A model generated the notes under the pieces. That model was not told where the DNA came from, made no database searches, and saw only the letters and a program-made list of their open reading frames with translations. Shown here piece after piece: positions 61,763-64,000 of a stretch of 64,000 bases of DNA. A program made the translations under genes and the position numbers. Each line of letters starts with the position of its first letter. The first letter of the stretch is position 1. Source of the DNA: Chiloscyllium plagiosum (taxonomy: Eukaryota); the NCBI RefSeq assembly GCF_004010195.1, contig NC_057757.1, positions 279,794 through 343,793 of the forward strand. The letters are read 5' to 3'.

Positions 61763-63119
61763 CTCCCTGTAAATACTCTCATACTCACAGCAGCGTACTG
61801 TGATGCCACACCTTGGTTTCTCCTCCTCAAAATCCCAGCCCCAGAGTTTTATGAATTTAAAATGCTATGTAAATGCATACATGTTTTTAAGAAGAGTCAT
61901 CCTGGACACGAAACACTAACTCTGCTTCTCTCTCCACAAGTGTTGCCAGACCCAGTACGTTTTCTGGTTGTTTTAAATTTCAGTTTTCCACCATCTGCTA
62001 TATCTTGCCTCTGTATCAGTGCAACTTTTCTTTTGTTTTTGGTGTCTCAAAGCCCATTTTGTGGTGAGCGAAGTTCTCTCTCTGTAATCGGCATGCCAAG
62101 TTGTTGGGTTATTTTCCCTGATCCACTGTTTTCAATGTTGGTGACCAGCCCCTTCGTCACCTTACAAAGTGCCTGCACTTGCAGGAGAACAGCTCGTCCT
62201 TCGGCAGAGGAGTTTGCTAAGGCACAAAAGGACTTTTTTTTAATCTTCATGAATGAAAGCATCACTGGTGAGGCCAGCATTTATTGCCCAGAAGGTAGTT
62301 AAGAGTCAACCACATTGGCTATGGGTCTGGAGTCAAGTGTAGGCCAGACCAGGTAAGGATGGCAGTTTCCTTCCCGAAAGGACATTAGTGAAGCTGAGAG
62401 TTTTTCTGACAACGGACTCATGGTCATCATTGGACTCCTAATTCCAGATCCTTATTGAATTCAATTTCCCTCCATCTGCTGTAGCCAGGCTTGAACCCAG
62501 ATTCCCAGATCATTATCTGGCTCTCTGCACGAATACCAAAGCGATCATACCATTCGACCATTGCCTAGCCACTTGGACATCAGGATTAGCTCAGAGGTAA
62601 ACAAAACGAACTCCTTGTTATTTATGTCTGCGTTTGGAAGCTATTCTATCATGACCAATTAACACTTATTAACTTCCAGGTTTGACAACATCCAGTAAGC
62701 TCCTTAGCTGACGTCAAACCTGTCCCTTTAATCCCTCCTGATGTCTTCCCTTAATATTTAAAAGTGTGTTTAAATGTCAGACCCAATAAATAACAGGAGA
62801 CATGTCCCATATGTAGTGGGTGCTGACACACTCAGTGGAGCCCCTGCCCCAGCTGCTGGATTGAGATCCTTTCTCTGGGCATCATCCCTGATAGATCCCT
62901 GTGACAAGATTCAAGGCATTCCCAATCCAATTTCCAATGGCAGGGAGCCCACAACAAATACCCCCATTCCCCCTTTGTGAGGATTGGGAGTTTGCAGACA
63001 GGAGGACAGTGTCGATGATGTGTGGACAGATGTTGGTTTAAACTGAAATTGAAATCACAAGGAATAAACATCACAGCAAACATATTCTACTACTGACCCC
63101 AGGCTCTACCTGTCATTTA

Positions 63120-63610
63120 ACAGTGTAGAGAGAGCTTTGCTCTGTATCTAACCTTGTGTTGCCCCTGTCCTGGGAGTGTTTAATGGCGGGGGACAGCGTA
63201 GAGAGAGCTTTACTCTGTATCTAATCCCATGCTGCCCTGTCCTGGGAGTATTTGATGAGGACAATGTAGATGGAGCTTTACTCTGTATCTAACCCCATGA
63301 TGGACATGTCCTGGGATTGTTTGATGGGGACAGTCGAGGGAGCTTTACTCTGTATTTAACCCAGTGTTGTCCCTATCCTGGGAGTGTTTGATGGGAGGAC
63401 AATATAGCAAGAGCTTTACTCTGCATCCAACCCCATTCTATCCCTGTCCTGGGGGTTTTTTGACAGGAGGCAGTGTAAAGGGAGTTTTATTCTATATCTC
63501 ATCCCATGCTGTCCCTGTCCTGGGAGTGTTTGATGAGGGGGATCAGATTAGAGGAAGCTTTACTCTGTATCCAAACCCGTGCTGCCCCAATCCTGAGAGT
63601 GTTTGATGGT
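63120..63610 (-). repeat. ~70-bp minisatellite, ~7 diverged copies, ~75 nt from the L27 exon donor
   Basis: AGCTTTACTCTGTATCTAAC...CCTGGGAGTGTTTGATG units. Confidence 0.88.
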
Positions 63611-63685
63611 GATCCCAGTTTTCCTGCTCGATTCCCAGCTCCCTCCTTTGGTCAGCAGCAAGCCTAGCTCTGTACAATAGCATAC

Positions 63686-63817
63686 CAAGGAGAGCCTGAA
63701 AGAGGTCACTGTGGAAGATGCTGAGGAGTTTCTGGGTTCTTGTCTTGAAGCGATTATCCTGAGCTGGATCCGGTTTCGGCTGATGCTCCTCCATCAGCTG
63801 TAGCTTTCTGTGGGTAT
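63686..63817 (-). CDS. DLG4: DLG4/PSD-95 beta-isoform internal exon, L27 domain (132 nt, phase 1-1)
   Basis: Minus strand TCTATCCAG|ATACCC...CTCCTTG|GTATGC; translates (D)THRKLQLMEEHQPKPDPAQDNRFKTRTQKLLSIFHSDLFQALL. Matches the DLG-family L27 domain (DLG1 DTQRALHLLEEY...IFQSNLFQALI; DLG4-beta HSDLFQALL). Confidence 0.93.
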
Positions 63818-64000
63818 CTGGATAGACAAAACACCACCAGCAAGTCAGCTTGGCTGGAGCAACAAACACATGCCCCCACCCCCCCCAAAATCTCCAACTG
63901 CCACAGATCATCACTCAGGATCTCAATTGGCCTTGTCAAGATGACTAAGGCAATTGCTACAACTGGTGAGCACCTCGTCTCTGGGAAGGAGATAGTAGGG

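Noticed and set aside
62167..62217. Frame-preserving 51-nt phase 1-1 candidate exon on the minus strand
   Set aside because: Weak donor, and it would split the conserved FQALL-DIQ L27 junction; no homology recognised.
61514..62302. 262-aa ORF
   Set aside because: Runs through the 70-bp minisatellite and repeat fragments; not protein-like.

Overview
Vertebrate genomic DNA, almost certainly from a shark or other elasmobranch (inferred from HE1-type SINEs, HER1/CR1 LINEs and Deu-domain SINEs). The draft assembly has 7 N-gaps. The window holds the 5' part of a DLG4 (PSD-95) gene on the minus strand. It contains two beta-isoform L27-domain exons (63686-63817, 56117-56190) and the alternative alpha first exon encoding MDCLCIVTTK (41589-41618). 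The shared downstream exon (KYRYQDED...) was not found, so the rest of the window is probably intron. The introns are filled with CR1, L2-like, Rex/Babar, L1 and Tx1 fragments, SINEs, a probable solo LTR and three minisatellite families. Most notable: (i) many short, TSD-flanked, often fold-back Penelope-type elements carrying minimal hammerhead-ribozyme cores; (ii) 32/33-bp minisatellites seen at every stage of growth inside Deu-domain SINEs; (iii) a ~0.65-kb inverted duplication; (iv) uORFs abutting the PSD-95 alpha start; (v) a CR1 fossil stretched over ~9 kb by nested insertions. Almost all ORFs in the supplied track are repeat-derived or spurious. Repeat family names are assigned by recognition, not by database search, and repeat boundaries are approximate.
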